A stretch of 63,139 nt of DNA, filler included, from Choristocarpus tenellus KU-1152 (lineage: Eukaryota; Protista; Phaeophyceae), in NCBI GenBank assembly GCA_964200185.2. It is 15 parts of 15 records of this genome, joined end to end, with 100 filler letters (N's around TTAATTAATTAA, not from the genome) between each part and the next. Parts side by side here need not be neighbours in the genome. Positions count along the whole stretch, not along the records: positions 38,425 to 41,187 come from CAXNAD020024960.1; positions 41,288 to 48,639 come from CAXNAD020006288.1; positions 48,740 to 52,147 come from CAXNAD020020239.1; 12 more parts are not named here. One strand, written 5' to 3'. Position numbers and translations under genes: made by a program. The notes beneath the pieces were generated by a model. That model worked only from the letters and a program-made list of their open reading frames with translations. It was not told the DNA's origin and did no database searches. Positions 39,608-52,147 of the stretch are shown here, one piece after another. Each line of letters begins with the position of its first letter. Position 1 is the stretch's first letter.

Positions 39608-40952
39608 TGCAGCCTCTCAAGGGGGGAAACAAACAGGGAGTTGTACGAGGGATTCGATGCGTTGACCACCATTACCTAATGGTTTCATCTGCTTGCTTGA
39701 GGTCACTGAGGGTCTCAAACAGGGGCACCACCCGCATGTCCCAGGGGATACCTGCCTCTTTCTGGATCAGCATGGAACAGTAACCAAACATTCAACCAAA
39801 CATTCAGATAGACAGATAGGCAGGCATACCAGATGTAGAGATAGGTTGACATGTCCATCTGGTGGGAACACCCAAGGTGTTGTCCATCTAAACACACACT
39901 ACTTTGTGGAAAGGCACAGGAAACAGTGTCCAAATCAAGACGATTGATGAATAGAAGCAGTTTGTATGTTCAATTCCTGCTCTGAGGGCACACACACCCA
40001 TACAGACACATACACATACACATGCACACAAACCACAAACACATACATAGTTAAGACCTCACACAACACGTAACACGTAACACGTAACATGTAACACACA
40101 AAATGTAACACATAAAACACAACGCATAACACACAACGCGTAGGACATAAAGCACAACATATAACACACAACACGCAACACATAAAGCACAACATGTAAC
40201 ACACAACACGCAATGCATAAAACATAAAGCACAACATACAACACACAATACGCAATGCATAAAAAATAAAGCACCAACACGTAACACTTAACACACAATG
40301 CACAAAACATAAAGCACAACACACAAAAAACACGATCTCTTTTTTTTTTTCTCATATAGTTATTTCTTTATTTGCCAGGCAGAAGAAGAACAGGCATCAC
40401 GAAATAATCTTGAACCAATTTAGCAAAGGTGAACCGGTTTGTCTCATGGACCAACAGAAAATCAAAATAAGAAAAAGACAAACCACCAATAGAAAAGACT
40501 CGAGAATACGTCATCAATCCACACAGAACATACAGCCTCCATTCATAAAACGGCACTACCTGTACAGCCACTTCATATAGTGACTGCACACCAGCACTGG
40601 GGACAAGGGTTCAATCAAGCCGCTCCAGGAGGGATTGGAGTACCTTTCAAGATTGATAGCGAAGGGGGTGGATTGGAGTACCTTTACACCTTTCAATAGT
40701 AAGCAAGGTGAGTTCAGCAAGCCATCGCAGGTGCAAACCTTAAAGTATAGAAATAGAAACATTTAAGGAGCAGGTGAAACACTTCTCAGGGCAAAGGAGG
40801 GGGGGGGGAGATGGAGGGAAACGGATCAGACCATGTACCTGTAGCAGCTTGACAGCCAAGACATCAGATGGGGAGGTTGCCATTGATATGACATAAGCTC
40901 CGAGAGCCTCTGGCCCTAACTCCGCTGCCACCTCAAATGTTCTCAATGTGTC
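38507..40952 (-). CDS. PEPC: Phosphoenolpyruvate carboxylase, three internal exons (40839-40952, 39676-39761, 38507-38588)
   Basis: Spliced in phase: [38 protein letters not shown]|[29 protein letters not shown]|[27 protein letters not shown]. This carries the hallmark [14 protein letters not shown] and [12 protein letters not shown] motifs. Confidence 0.96.
40060..40330. repeat. Intronic CA/AT-rich degenerate minisatellite
   Basis: Repeated acacaacacg / cataaagcacaac units. Confidence 0.75.
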
Positions 40953-41367
40953 CTTAGGGTAGAAAGGAAATATAGGAGAATGGGAGGGTAAGAAAAGACC
41001 GGGGTAAGAGTTGTGAGGGGTTGATCAGGTTGTGACAGATACGATTTGACGGGAAAGGAAAGATGGGTTGAAGGAACCTTTTTTTTTTTTGCTCGCTGGG
41101 GTACAAAAAAAAATCTTGAAAGAAAAAAACGTTTTTTTCTTTAGACAAGTAATTTTTTTTAACTATTTCCATACATATACCAAGCTTNNNNNNNNNNNNN
41201 NNNNNNNNNNNNNNNNNNNNNNNNNNNNNNNTTAATTAATTAANNNNNNNNNNNNNNNNNNNNNNNNNNNNNNNNNNNNNNNNNNNNTTCTTATCCTGTG
41301 CCCCCAGCCAACCAGAATTCTTCCGCCCACAAAACTAAGTTTTCTTCATAAACTCTCACTTTGTGAC

Positions 41368-41670
41368 TAGAACCCTTCAACCCCACAAATGGTTCTCTTC
41401 CGAATGTGTGGGGATGAAAACTTGTAGTAGAACCCTTCAACCCAACCAATTGGTCTCTTCCGAATGTGTGAGGAAGAAAACTTGTAGTAGAACCCTTCAA
41501 CCCCACAAATATTTCTCTTCCGAATGTGTGGGGATGAAAACTTGTAGTAGAACCCTTCAACCCCACAAATTGGTTTCTTCGGAATATATAGGGATGAAAA
41601 CTTGTAGAACCCTTCAAAGCTACAAATTGGTGTCTTTTGAATGTGTGGAGATGAAAACTTGTAGTAGAAC
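41368..41670 (+). repeat. 60-bp minisatellite, about 5 copies
   Basis: tagaacccttcaaccccacaaat...tcttccgaatgtgtggggatgaaaacttgtag; a single inverted partial copy lies at about 44200-44243. Confidence 0.92.
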
Positions 41671-42744
41671 AAATTTACTTCTTCGTGCAACGACTTCTTG
41701 AGTTCGAATCCCCCTGGATACCGGACCATTTCCATGGAGGCGAATTTTCACCTAGACACTTTTTCATGGAGACACTTTTTCATGGAGAGTGCCTGTATGA
41801 AAATGGATAGCAACTCGTAGAAGGCGAGGTGGTAGAACCAATAGCTACATGTATACACCACTTTAAGTACAGCTACTAATATATCTTCGGTCCTCCACAT
41901 GCGGACATTCAACCGTCCCACTCCACATGCAACGCACACAGCCATCAGATTGACGAACAAGCGAGCCCTTCTTACAAGAACTCATCGGCTCCTTGTTGCA
42001 AAGAGAGGCAACACCTTTCGTACTGAACGGATAAATCTTGCTTGCTTTGAGTGCTTTTGACTCTGCCTTGTATAGAGAGTCATTATCCAATATTCGGTCG
42101 TTTTGTAAGATAGCACGGTTGTAAGAAATAATCTGAGTATTATGGTAGAATTCTCTCCCACCTTACCTGTCTCATTATTATATAGCATACAATCTACTTC
42201 CATCATCCTTGATCCTAGCACTGAATCTACCTCCTACTAATGAAATTGTCTCAGGAAAGATAAAATAATATAATCCTCCTATATGTGATGCAAATATAGA
42301 GATAGCTCCTTAGTGACAAACAGGTAGAGTAGTCATCGCCTCTTTCTCCTGACTGCAGCAGAGGGTTCGTAACCTCTTAACCATAATCCTTCCTCTACAT
42401 CTGTGGGTTGAGTTTTGAGCGCTGAACACAGGCTCACGCAAGTGGTTGGCCTGTACTTCGTTCTGATTCTGTACTTCCAAAATATATGGATGGTGTGCTA
42501 TGACCCCAGGAGCTACATAACGTTCACCCACCCACAAATGGAGTCCATCCCTTCAGCTAGGCGACACTTGGTGTGATCTTCCCCTATCTGCAAATCTTGT
42601 CAAAACATCATACTACGAATTTAATGTACACTCCTTATATACAACTATGATGGTAAGTGTCGTGACCAACTAGCCTGAACGAACGAAGTACTTGCTGGTG
42701 ACACATGACCTAATTGCTTCAAACAACATGTGACTACTAGGCTG

Positions 42745-43420
42745 ATGCGCAACCTGCTTGACCCCCTTCACAGTGGACAGGAATCTCCGCAAGGATCTGA
42801 TCTTCCACGCAGGGGCACTAGCGGATGCCTGAACAGTTCCCTACATGGACAAGGTCTTCTGCTAGACATCACCTTCGCAGAGGTACAGGAAACCTCCCAC
42901 CTAACCCACTCATTCACCAGCAATGTTGTAGCTGCTGCTGGCGCTGAGGCGCGAAAGCGCACCCACTACAAGGTCTCCTTTGATCCCCGTAGTTATAACC
43001 TCAACACCTTCGTGGTGGAAAGTATTGGGGGCCTCAGCAAGCAAGCGGAAAGCTTCCTGGATGAGCTGGCTACTCACATGATGGGGAGGAGAGGAGCGAG
43101 AGGATATTGCAGGAAAGGAGTAGTTAATCTCCACTACGCCAAATTGTTTCGGTGACTACACAAGTGGTACTGTGTAGACGTGCCATGTGCTTTAAGCTAG
43201 AGTCACCAGGGAGATGGGCACAGAGGGGTTTATTGGATTCTTGGGATGCTTTCCTAGTTCCTCCCCCGGGGCCCAGGAGTTAGTAGATGGGAACCAAAAG
43301 AAGACAGTAGTACAATATTCATAGTGGTGAAGTAAGAGATTAGTATTTTTCACACTTAGAGTTTATTATAGTGTTTTTCACATTTACGATATGTATTTCT
43401 TTAGGGCTTATACGGACATT
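42745..43420 (+). mobile_element. 5'-truncated non-LTR retrotransposon with a C-terminal restriction-like endonuclease (PD-(D/E)xK), disrupted, plus 3' UTR
   Basis: PFTVDRNLRKDLIFHAGALADA*.../GLLLDITFAEVQ...AAAGAEARKRTHYKVSFDPRSYNLNTFVVESIGGLSKQAESFLDELA follows the RxD...D.T...E..K...Y...VE..G pattern. Three other copies occur in the window. Confidence 0.85.
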
Positions 43421-43576
43421 TTGGTTTGCTCACGAATTCTGGATTATTATTATTAGCTTATTCCTTGTTTGCCATTCCCCTATTCTCCATTCCTTTCCTT
43501 CCCTATGTATTCCCTCTTCTGACCAGCCCCTTGCGACCCCTTCACCGCTGGTTTCCTATTTACTCTCCCCATGAGG

Positions 43577-43835
43577 TGACCAACCAGTGCGACCCATTCT
43601 CCCCTGATTTCCAGTCACCCCCCACCTCTGATGACCAACCAGTGCGAATGCCCTTCATCACTGATTTCCAGACATCCCCCACGTTTGATGACCAACCAGT
43701 GCGAATCCCCTTCGTCACTGATTTCCAGTCATCCCCCACATTTGATGACCAACCAGTGCGACTCCTTCGTCACTGATTTCCAGTCACCCCCCCCCTATCT
43801 GGTGACCAACCAGTGCGACCCCTTCGCCCCTGACT
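43577..43835 (+). repeat. Minisatellite of about 55-57 bp, about 5 copies
   Basis: tgaccaaccagtgcga...ctgatttccagtca.ccccc repeated. Confidence 0.92.
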
Positions 43836-44038
43836 TCTATTCACCCCTCCCACCTTTCAACCCCACACAAGTTACCACTCCCCTCAACACCACTGCACAA
43901 TCATCCAAGAACACCCCTTCATGATCCACTTCAAACCGTGCCTTTGAGCTAGAAAACATCTACCCCGCCGTAACTTGACCTCCCCCCCTTTCCCAGTGAT
44001 TCCGTCGGTCGTGAGCAAGCGACAGGGTGGGTGGGTGG

Positions 44039-44100
44039 GAGAGCTTGCTTGGAGGTTGTCTTGGTCTCGCCCTCCTCGTCCTGTACCCTTGGTTCTCAGC
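44039..44100 (+). repeat. Dispersed repeat, also at about 52663-52725
   Basis: gagagcttgct.ggaggttg.cttggtctc.ccct.ctcgtc.tgtaccc.tggttctc occurs in two contigs. Confidence 0.75.
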
Positions 44101-44449
44101 CCTCTTATTCAATACTGAACACTCCTTCCCCTTCCTTCTTCCTACCACTCATTTCCTTCACATTCGAACTCAAAAAATTGATTCGAAAAGTAGTAAATTC
44201 GTTCTACATTCGGAAGAGAATTGTGGGGTTGAAAGGTTCGAACTCACGAAATCATTATGGTAATAGTAGTGAAAACGTTCTACTTACTATTTTCTGGGTC
44301 TATTTTGCGATCATCACCTAGAACCTACCATAGCAGATTGATAAGGTTTTGGCAGTTGGGTCTAAAACAGAATTTATCCTGCTCTAATTTTTAATCGTAG
44401 AGGAGTTTTTCGTCGAAATAAAGGTTGATGTGACCCTTGAATCACTCCT

Positions 44450-44959
44450 AGGTTGGAGTTGGTTGTGGTGCGATGGACGAGAGGGCGATTTTCCTCATTA
44501 AAATCAAGTTACGTTGACATCCGTCCGTCCGTCGTCCAGTATATGACTTGGATGGCTGTTTCTCCTCTCTCACGACGAGATTTTCACACGAGAAGAAGAG
44601 TCGTGATCCTCGATGTCTCATCTACCTGTGTGTAACCCTAAACTCTTCAATGTTATTGTAGCTCCACTGATATATGCCTAAATGATCAGACAGCAGCCAG
44701 GTAGTCAGCCCTCATCATCGAGCTTGGATAGGAATACACGCTCTCCGTCGTAGCCGCGACCCCTCTTTGATTTCTTGTTCCGCAGGGATTGACTGGTCCA
44801 CTCGATCAAGCGCGAGTCCCCCTCTCCACACAAGGCAATCACCAGCGCATACGCTTTGCTCAATCTCTTCCTTCGACTCCTATGAAACTTGAAGCCTGGA
44901 GGTAGAGACCACTCCACGATATCCAGCATGTCCCTCGACAGAGGGGCTACCGCAGCCAT
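44450..44959 (-). pseudogene. Possible disrupted two-exon gene of unknown origin
   Basis: acaATGG start and an 84-codon frame, then an acag| acceptor at about 44626 followed by a frame with stops. Confidence 0.3.
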
Positions 44960-45387
44960 TGTGTCGAGTTTTGCGTCGACAATTTACGTTGTAGTTGTGC
45001 AAAATAGGACAATAGTGAGGTGTACCTTATTTTGTGTATATGAGATTATTGTGTTGAATTGAGTCCATTTGATGTAACCAATAAAATAGTACATCCAGAT
45101 TATATATGGGATTATGTATTGGTATTTATTCCGCATTCAACTACTTCGATATAAGGTTGACGTAGATAGGAAGCACAAATAAACAATGAACAAGCAATGA
45201 GAAGACACCACACCAAGGTCACTCTTCTCTTCTCTTCTAACCTTCAACCATGTAATCACCTTCAGCAAAGGGGGTCGTGTGAGGCTTCACACCTTCTTAT
45301 CTTCACTACTAACAGATAGTATTACTTCCCAAGGTAATTTGCACAGTAGTGAGCTGCGTGCGAAGGTCAAGCTCCGAAAGTCTCGCA

Positions 45388-45772
45388 CAGTATATCGTTA
45401 ACAGTCACCTTTATGATAGCTTCACAAGTCTTTTGATATATTTCGAGGCGATGCAAGGTGTCCTGATCGGTGATCATCATATCAAATTAAACCTGAGATT
45501 ATAGGCAGTCGATTGCCGCAAAGAAATCCGACCGCCAAAAAAAATCTTGATACGATTTTCAGCGATTTTCATTTTTTTGGTAATTCAACCGAACTTTTCG
45601 GCATTTACTAACAGAATACAAAGTAATATGCGACAGGATTTCTTTGCTCCAATCAACGGCGTTTGATCTCAGCTTTAATTTGATGTGCTGATCACCGATC
45701 AGCACGCCTTGCACTACCTCGAAATATATCAAGGGTGGTCTTATCCTAGAGGCAACTGTTAACACCATAGTG
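45388..45772. mobile_element. Fold-back element or long-TIR MITE
   Basis: Inverted arms of about 150 bp: ttgatatatttcgagg...ctgatcggtgatca...caaagaaatcc at 45388-45535, with the reverse complement at 45630-45772. Confidence 0.85.
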
Positions 45773-48053
45773 TTTGGAAGTCTCCTTCAGTGGCCCCTCT
45801 AAAAGCAACAGGGCCAATGGGCACACTCCATCTCACCCCCCTAAAACAAAAAACATCAGCACTGCCCGATTTGAAATGATTTGAATTTTCTGGCACATTG
45901 AGTGAGTTTCAAGAGAGCAGGAGGACTAGTAAGTTGAACTGTGCTTGATCCCACTTAAGATCTCTATTAAGTGTTGTAGTACCACTAAGTAGTGGCCATA
46001 TGTAGAGAGCAGGGCTCTCTTATTGATCAACACATACATTTCACAATAACAATTTATGTCCAGTTATTCGTCTACGAAGTTTTGGCTCTTCAAACACTTT
46101 CGTCCATTTAGGATGCGACCTGTCCTCCTGTTGTGCGCGCGACTGCATCACCATATCTTAATACCATTTCCCCCCTTTTCTGCCCAATACTCCGCTCCTC
46201 GCTTCCTACCGGAATTCCTCGAATATTATACAAATATATTTTTTCAAAACAGGACGAAAATACCATGTTTATGTGAGGAGAGTATTGCGATAATAATGTT
46301 TTAGCTGGTGATCATGTTTGGAGGTGTCATCGAGTTCTCTTAAACTACAAGCTTGGTAAAACAAGAGGTGTGTGTATATATAGTCAAATGATGCCTTTAC
46401 CCACTTCCTCCACCCCTCATCCTAACTATTCAATGACGGTTTAGTAGGGTTACAGTTACTGAGCAAGATCTGCTGATGATCTGCCCTATAAATCTCTACT
46501 CCTGTAAGCATTCAGTACATGATAATCTTCATTTTTATATACGAGGGAAACTAAACCGAAATACCTGTTCAGTCTCGGAGAAACAGATACATAAAACATA
46601 CCCAGCTTTCTGTAGAGCACTTTCCTGTAGTACCGTACCTCACTCCCTCCAACGTTTGTCACACTCTTGTTGGGTTCTTCCATTTGAACTGGGTAATAAG
46701 TTACTTCAAGTGTCAGGACATACACAAAGGCAGGAGGAACCTACAGTTAGGTTATATTTTTCTAGGAGGTTCCAAACAGATGTGGCCTATTTCAAATAGT
46801 CATACCACATTGTGACTTGTCCATACTCCCTCCAATGTCCGCAACATCCTTGTTCAAAGCAACCTCTGAGCAATCTTTCCCACCCACCCACCCTTTCGAT
46901 TGCTCACGACTGACTGGGATGTTGGGGAACAGGGGGGGGTAGGTCAAGTTTGGGCGGGGTCTTTCATCAGAGTTCGGTAGAAAATTGCTTAAGAACTCAC
47001 AGCAGCATATACATTTGGCGTGGGCATACGTGGAGACAATATGGGAAAATTAAATTGTACTTTCGAAAAATAGTCTGGGCGGGTTTAGTTAGATACAACA
47101 TATAGCATGTACTTGGCATATACACATGGCCTGCTTCAAACGGTACTACTGAAACTAGAGGGTTGTCACCAAAATGCTTCAAGTGTTCATGCATCACGTA
47201 TTACAAGAAGTTCCAAGGTTTACATATTGTTGTGCTACACACTGTTTTTGGTTCCGACGGGTTAATTTAGAAAGCAAAAATATGGTCTAATAGTAATAGT
47301 CACAGGGCGAGTCCAACCGGGGAGGTGTTATTATGTTATATATCGAGTATTATGTTTATTTTCAAGTTCATCTCATCTGGTGAAGACGATCTGAATACGA
47401 CGGGATTGTTTCAGGCTTCCAGAACAGTATTTCTCAGAAGAAATACGATATTCTTAAGTAGTCGTAACGTTCAGTCTCTAGAGTTAGTTTTCTACGGTGG
47501 TGCTCGAAAAGAATACCATTTAGCGAGCATGACAAATTGTCACCCTCACCAAAAATGACCTGGAGCATGTATTATTTTCAACGGTAATTATGAGTGCACT
47601 AACAAAAAAATCGTTGCCCAAGTAATGGAGAGATAAAATCGTGTTGTAGCATAGAAGTGTCAATTCATCGTAGGAAATCGTAATCGCCTGACAGAATGTA
47701 TGAACTACCGAACGGAAGGCCTCTCCATTTGACCTGTACTAAGGCTGTCCTTGGCGAATTGCTGGCATTGATACGGATGTCTTAAGAAGACCTACTATTC
47801 ACGAGAGACCCGACGGTGTCCATCCATCACTTTAATTAGTTCTGTGGGAGGATATAATTATAGGTAGTGCACACATCATCACTATTATTTTGCTGAATGC
47901 TGTTAACAAAATAGCACCTATGTTCGAAAGAAAAATAATACGAACGTGGACAGGTGGACTACTTCACGGAACAATTAAGCAAACCGAACTTAACGTTTTC
48001 CTAGACAATGACGTTACAGAGGTAATGAACCCTAACGTGTTACGGATAACTGA

Positions 48054-48227
48054 GGTTCAAAGTATCTTGAGGGGTTAGCGACTGTCCACTTGGGGTCAAC
48101 TTTTTCATGTCGCAATTTTTTGGTAATTTGATTGCATACGACGAATGACTAGTGTAAGTGCACTTTTCCTAGATTTGGTCAAATGGACATCCTCGTGTAG
48201 ACAACCCCTCCCCGGATACTTTGTGTC
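48054..48227 (-). mobile_element. MITE family A, diverged full-length copy
   Basis: ggttcaaagtatct...tggggtcaactttttcatg...aaatggacat...ggatactttgtgtc is the reverse-complement homologue of 13746-13924. Confidence 0.8.
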
Positions 48228-48476
48228 AGACGTTTTAGAACAACAAACCCTCAAACGTTGTCAAGTCAACATTGTAGGATGGATATGATGGTTGAACATT
48301 CTAGGGTAACCCTTGCGTTGAGCGAGACGTTTTGGGAAGTGCACATTGGTGTTAGCTATAATGAGTTACTGGGTAGATCAGGGACGTAACAGGTCAGATA
48401 CCATTCTAGAGATGTACCTATTAAACGATTATACTACTCAATCAATTGCTGAGGTTAGAATAGATCCTTATACAAC

Positions 48477-48639
48477 TGTTACAGGCGAATAGCTGGAGTA
48501 TTTCTTCCCGCGCTTTAACCGGCGCGAGCAGTGTACGCGCGTGGGGAACCCCCCAAAAAGGGGAACTCCGATTTGCTAAAGTTGCAGAACAAAATCTGTA
48601 ACTCGGAAAGTCGTAAGGGTTCTCAGATATATTCCAATG
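48477..48639 (+). mobile_element. LTR 5' part, same family as 23841, truncated by contig end
   Basis: tgttacaggcgaata...gagtatttcttcccgc...ggttctcagatatattccaatg. Confidence 0.85.
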
Positions 48640-48763
48640 NNNNNNNNNNNNNNNNNNNNNNNNNNNNNNNNNNNNNNNNNNNNTTAATTAATTAANNNNN
48701 NNNNNNNNNNNNNNNNNNNNNNNNNNNNNNNNNNNNNNNCCAGCACATCTCCCGTCCATTCAG

Positions 48764-51700
48764 ATGCATACGTGCGCTATTACAACAGGAAGGGCACGAA
48801 CAAAGATAAGGACATGCGCCCGAAGCGAGACCTGGTGATGTCCTTAATAGACTACTGGGCTGATACATACGGGCAGTTCATGCCTCACAAGTCAACAATT
48901 GTGATCTATGCCGCGAACAAACAGGTCGGTATTCCCTTGGTTGTGGAGAGGTTGGCTGCACCCTGTGTTGGAGTTAGATGCAAACCGTGTGACCCGGAAG
49001 TACGTAGAAAAGGTGGGTCTAAGTAGTATATCGAGCGGTGGATGTTTATTACCTTGACCGGTTTCATATTATGGTTAAAAGAACATGTCAAGATTCATAC
49101 AAAGTGCTATCCTTTTCGTTTGCTACGTCGATATATCAATATTCATTATGATACTCGTTGTCGATTTTACGAAGGAAGACACAATAAATGTTATTTCAAT
49201 GCCGAGCACGCATACTCTGCGGAACCGGACCCGGTCTGAAATTGGTAGGAAAAGTGTGTACTTCGTATGTACAAAGCGCTTCGTGATGATGATGATGATG
49301 GTAGATTCACCTCCTTTGTTGCCTCTGCAAACGGCAGCGAGGCCCGAACCGAACGACGCTCATGGCAGATTTACAAAGATCATTGTATTTTCTCTTTCGT
49401 AACGCATGATGTAAGCTTGCTTGATCCTGTCTTCCGTGTTCTCAGTAAAGTTGTTGGTCAGTCCGCCTTCGAGAGATGTTGCAGGGGTGTTCTTCGAGTG
49501 TTCCTTCTCAATAACTCCTCACTTGCCCACACAATCAACATTATTAATTAGGACCTATACAAGGATTTTTGCAAAGAGGCAATACGGATGTATCCTGACG
49601 ACCCTTCCAAGCGGGTAAGCAAGGAGTACTTCATACGATTGCCAGAGAGGACAGGCCCAACATCCGGGTGAGGGTAGAAGGCGAGTTTCTGAAATGTGAC
49701 ATATGTGTCACGTTAAAAGAGAAGCGGCACGGTGCGCCTGGTGTAAAACCCACCAACGACTCCACCATCCTCGAGTCCATCGACAAGGAGCTGTCAGATC
49801 ATCGACAGGTAGGTGTCAAGCGTAAATTTGCAACAAGGGTACAATGACAATATATCACCGTCATTGCCCTCCGTTTTGAAGTAAATCCGTGCCGTTTTGC
49901 GAATGAAGACTCCCACGTAGGTGTTTATGGCAGCAGCAGTAGCCTCACTAACCGCAAAACTTGCTGTTAGTAGCTGCCCAAACACCTTGTAAGACAGACT
50001 GTTTCCTGATAGTGTACAACGGGCTGTGGGAGGGACAGGTCATATAGCGGTCTTCCGGCCCGGTACGTGCGTACTTCCTACCATCCCTATAACTTGGTGT
50101 TTGTTTTGAACGCAGCAATAAAAAACATATCCCAATACTAACATCTATTGATACCCAGACAACATTTTTGTTACTAGCCAAGATACGTGTTAACAAGCGG
50201 CATTTTTTTTTAACTCTGAGCAGATTTATTTATTTATTCGGGTGATGTTGCTTTTCCCCATTCGCCAGATTATCAAAGCGGATCAGCTGGTCATTGCCAA
50301 CAGCACCAGCAACGCCATGCGGGCCAAAGCCGACGGCAAACCTCTCGGCTTCGTGTTCATGTCCGTAGACGCCGCAAACCAGACAGCACACGCCCTCCAA
50401 GCACTTTACCCACCTACCCACGGCGGTGACAAGTAACCACACGCACGCACTGTCCATCCGACAAGAACTTTGCAGCCGCACGCGGAACAGAATAGACGAC
50501 CATGTTTTATCCTACGGATGAGTGCAAAGTCCCAAGAAATAATTGCAAAAACAAACGCACATAATTCCACTACCTATTCCGTTCATCATGATGACCTTTC
50601 TTTACATGTTCCTTTCGTTCATGTCCCCCTTATCAGGGGCTACTCCGAGCGCCATAAGATCATGGCCGCACACGTCTAAGGCCAGTTCGCGGAGGTGTTC
50701 TTCACTCCTATCAATCTCGGAGGAGGTACGTACTGTAGAGTAGCATAAGAGCTAATCAACGGGTAGTGGAGATCGCAGACATGTACATCAGCCGTATGGG
50801 TGTATGTCGTCTACATTGCATAAACAAATTACATTACCCCTCTATTTAGCTCCAAATAAACAATGCGTAAATGAGCAGAGTACTCTTTGCCAACAGTCGT
50901 TGAACATCATTGTTCGCGCAGGTTGTAACCTTGTTTGCACTGTCACCCACCTTACCCTCACAAGGCTTATCGACAAGTACCGCAACAGCCTTGATGACTC
51001 GGGGAATTGCATCATCCAGCGCGCGCATTGGCAGGTAAGAAGGTTTCATCCTAACACGACCTACTCAACACATACTGGCTGAATACCAGTCACCAAGTAA
51101 CTAACTGCACGGTCTTTAGTTTTGGTTTATGTGTTGCAACCTGCATGTATTATGGCGGTGATGTAGAGATTGCGCTCTAGCAATACTGGAAACCTACCCT
51201 GTTCCTCCACGAAACGCGGCGAAATGGGCTGACATATTGGCCTCATGCCCATCCCTCCCTCGCTCCCAACACCCCAAACTGGCCAGGTCGACAACTGCGT
51301 CTCAGAGAACAAGAACAAATTCTTTCTCGGATATGCGGGGCTGTTGGTTGCGGCGAGTGTCATTCGTGTCGTCGAGATACATTTTATTATGGTGGGACAC
51401 ACGCACATCAAGATCGATCAGATCTTCTCCAGGTGATTAGGCAAGATATGCAAGTTCGATAGCCACATAATGTTTTCATATGGACAGATACAGCCTCGAG
51501 GCTTGCAGCTCACGCTTGTTGCATTCCTGGAATGTTTATGGCCGTACGCTGTAATTGATCGATTGGCTTTTGATTTCCCCACAACAAAATTTACCGATAA
51601 GAGCAGCTGCCAAAACTATATTGTAACATACTCTCGAAACAAAACAATGAAAAAAATGTACGCATCACCCAATCTTATATTGATTTTTCCATATACATGC

Positions 51701-52147
51701 ATCAGAGCATGTGCCTGCATATATATCCTGCTATATCCACTTCACTTCTTTCGCCCCCGCCTCGAAACTTGCTTGATTTTCACCTTCAGGTTCTCACGTG
51801 GAACAAAAGGCAAAAACATATTCACAAGAACACAGCTGGGTGAAGAGCTGCAGGCCTCCTACATGGAGGTTCCAATACACTACAAGACCCTGCGGAACGA
51901 GGGCAATTTCAAGGGAATCCTTCGCGGTTGCATTAACCGTGTCCCCAATATCACGAGCTACAGGACTTTTCGCGTTGAAAAAGGCAGTGATGGGCGGGTG
52001 AAGGTTAGCATAAAGCGATCCATGCACAGCACAGAATGGAGTGAGATAGGCGGAGACCTTGCTATGGACCCCAACGCCCCTCCGCACGACCTCTTCATCG
52101 GCCACCCGCCTCGTATCCAAGATACACCACCCTACCAGCTCAAGAGC
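48764..52147 (+). pseudogene. Intron-containing Sola-like / DUF7869-type DDD transposase (exons 48764-48924, 49552-49808, 50269-50432, 50637-50725, 50922-51034, 51287-51432, 51790-52147)
   Basis: GT-AG junctions are in phase. Motifs appear in order: YGQFMP, FLKCDIC, MSVDAANQ, GCNLVCT, QVDNCVSENKN, VGHTHIKIDQIFSR. There is an apparent 1-nt frameshift near 49641 and an in-frame TAA at 50677-50679. Confidence 0.85.

Noticed and set aside
41368-41670. CRISPR-like array (also 43577-43835 and 7921-8130)
   Set aside because: Whole units are repeated with no unique spacers, no cas genes are present and the context is eukaryotic, so these are minisatellites.
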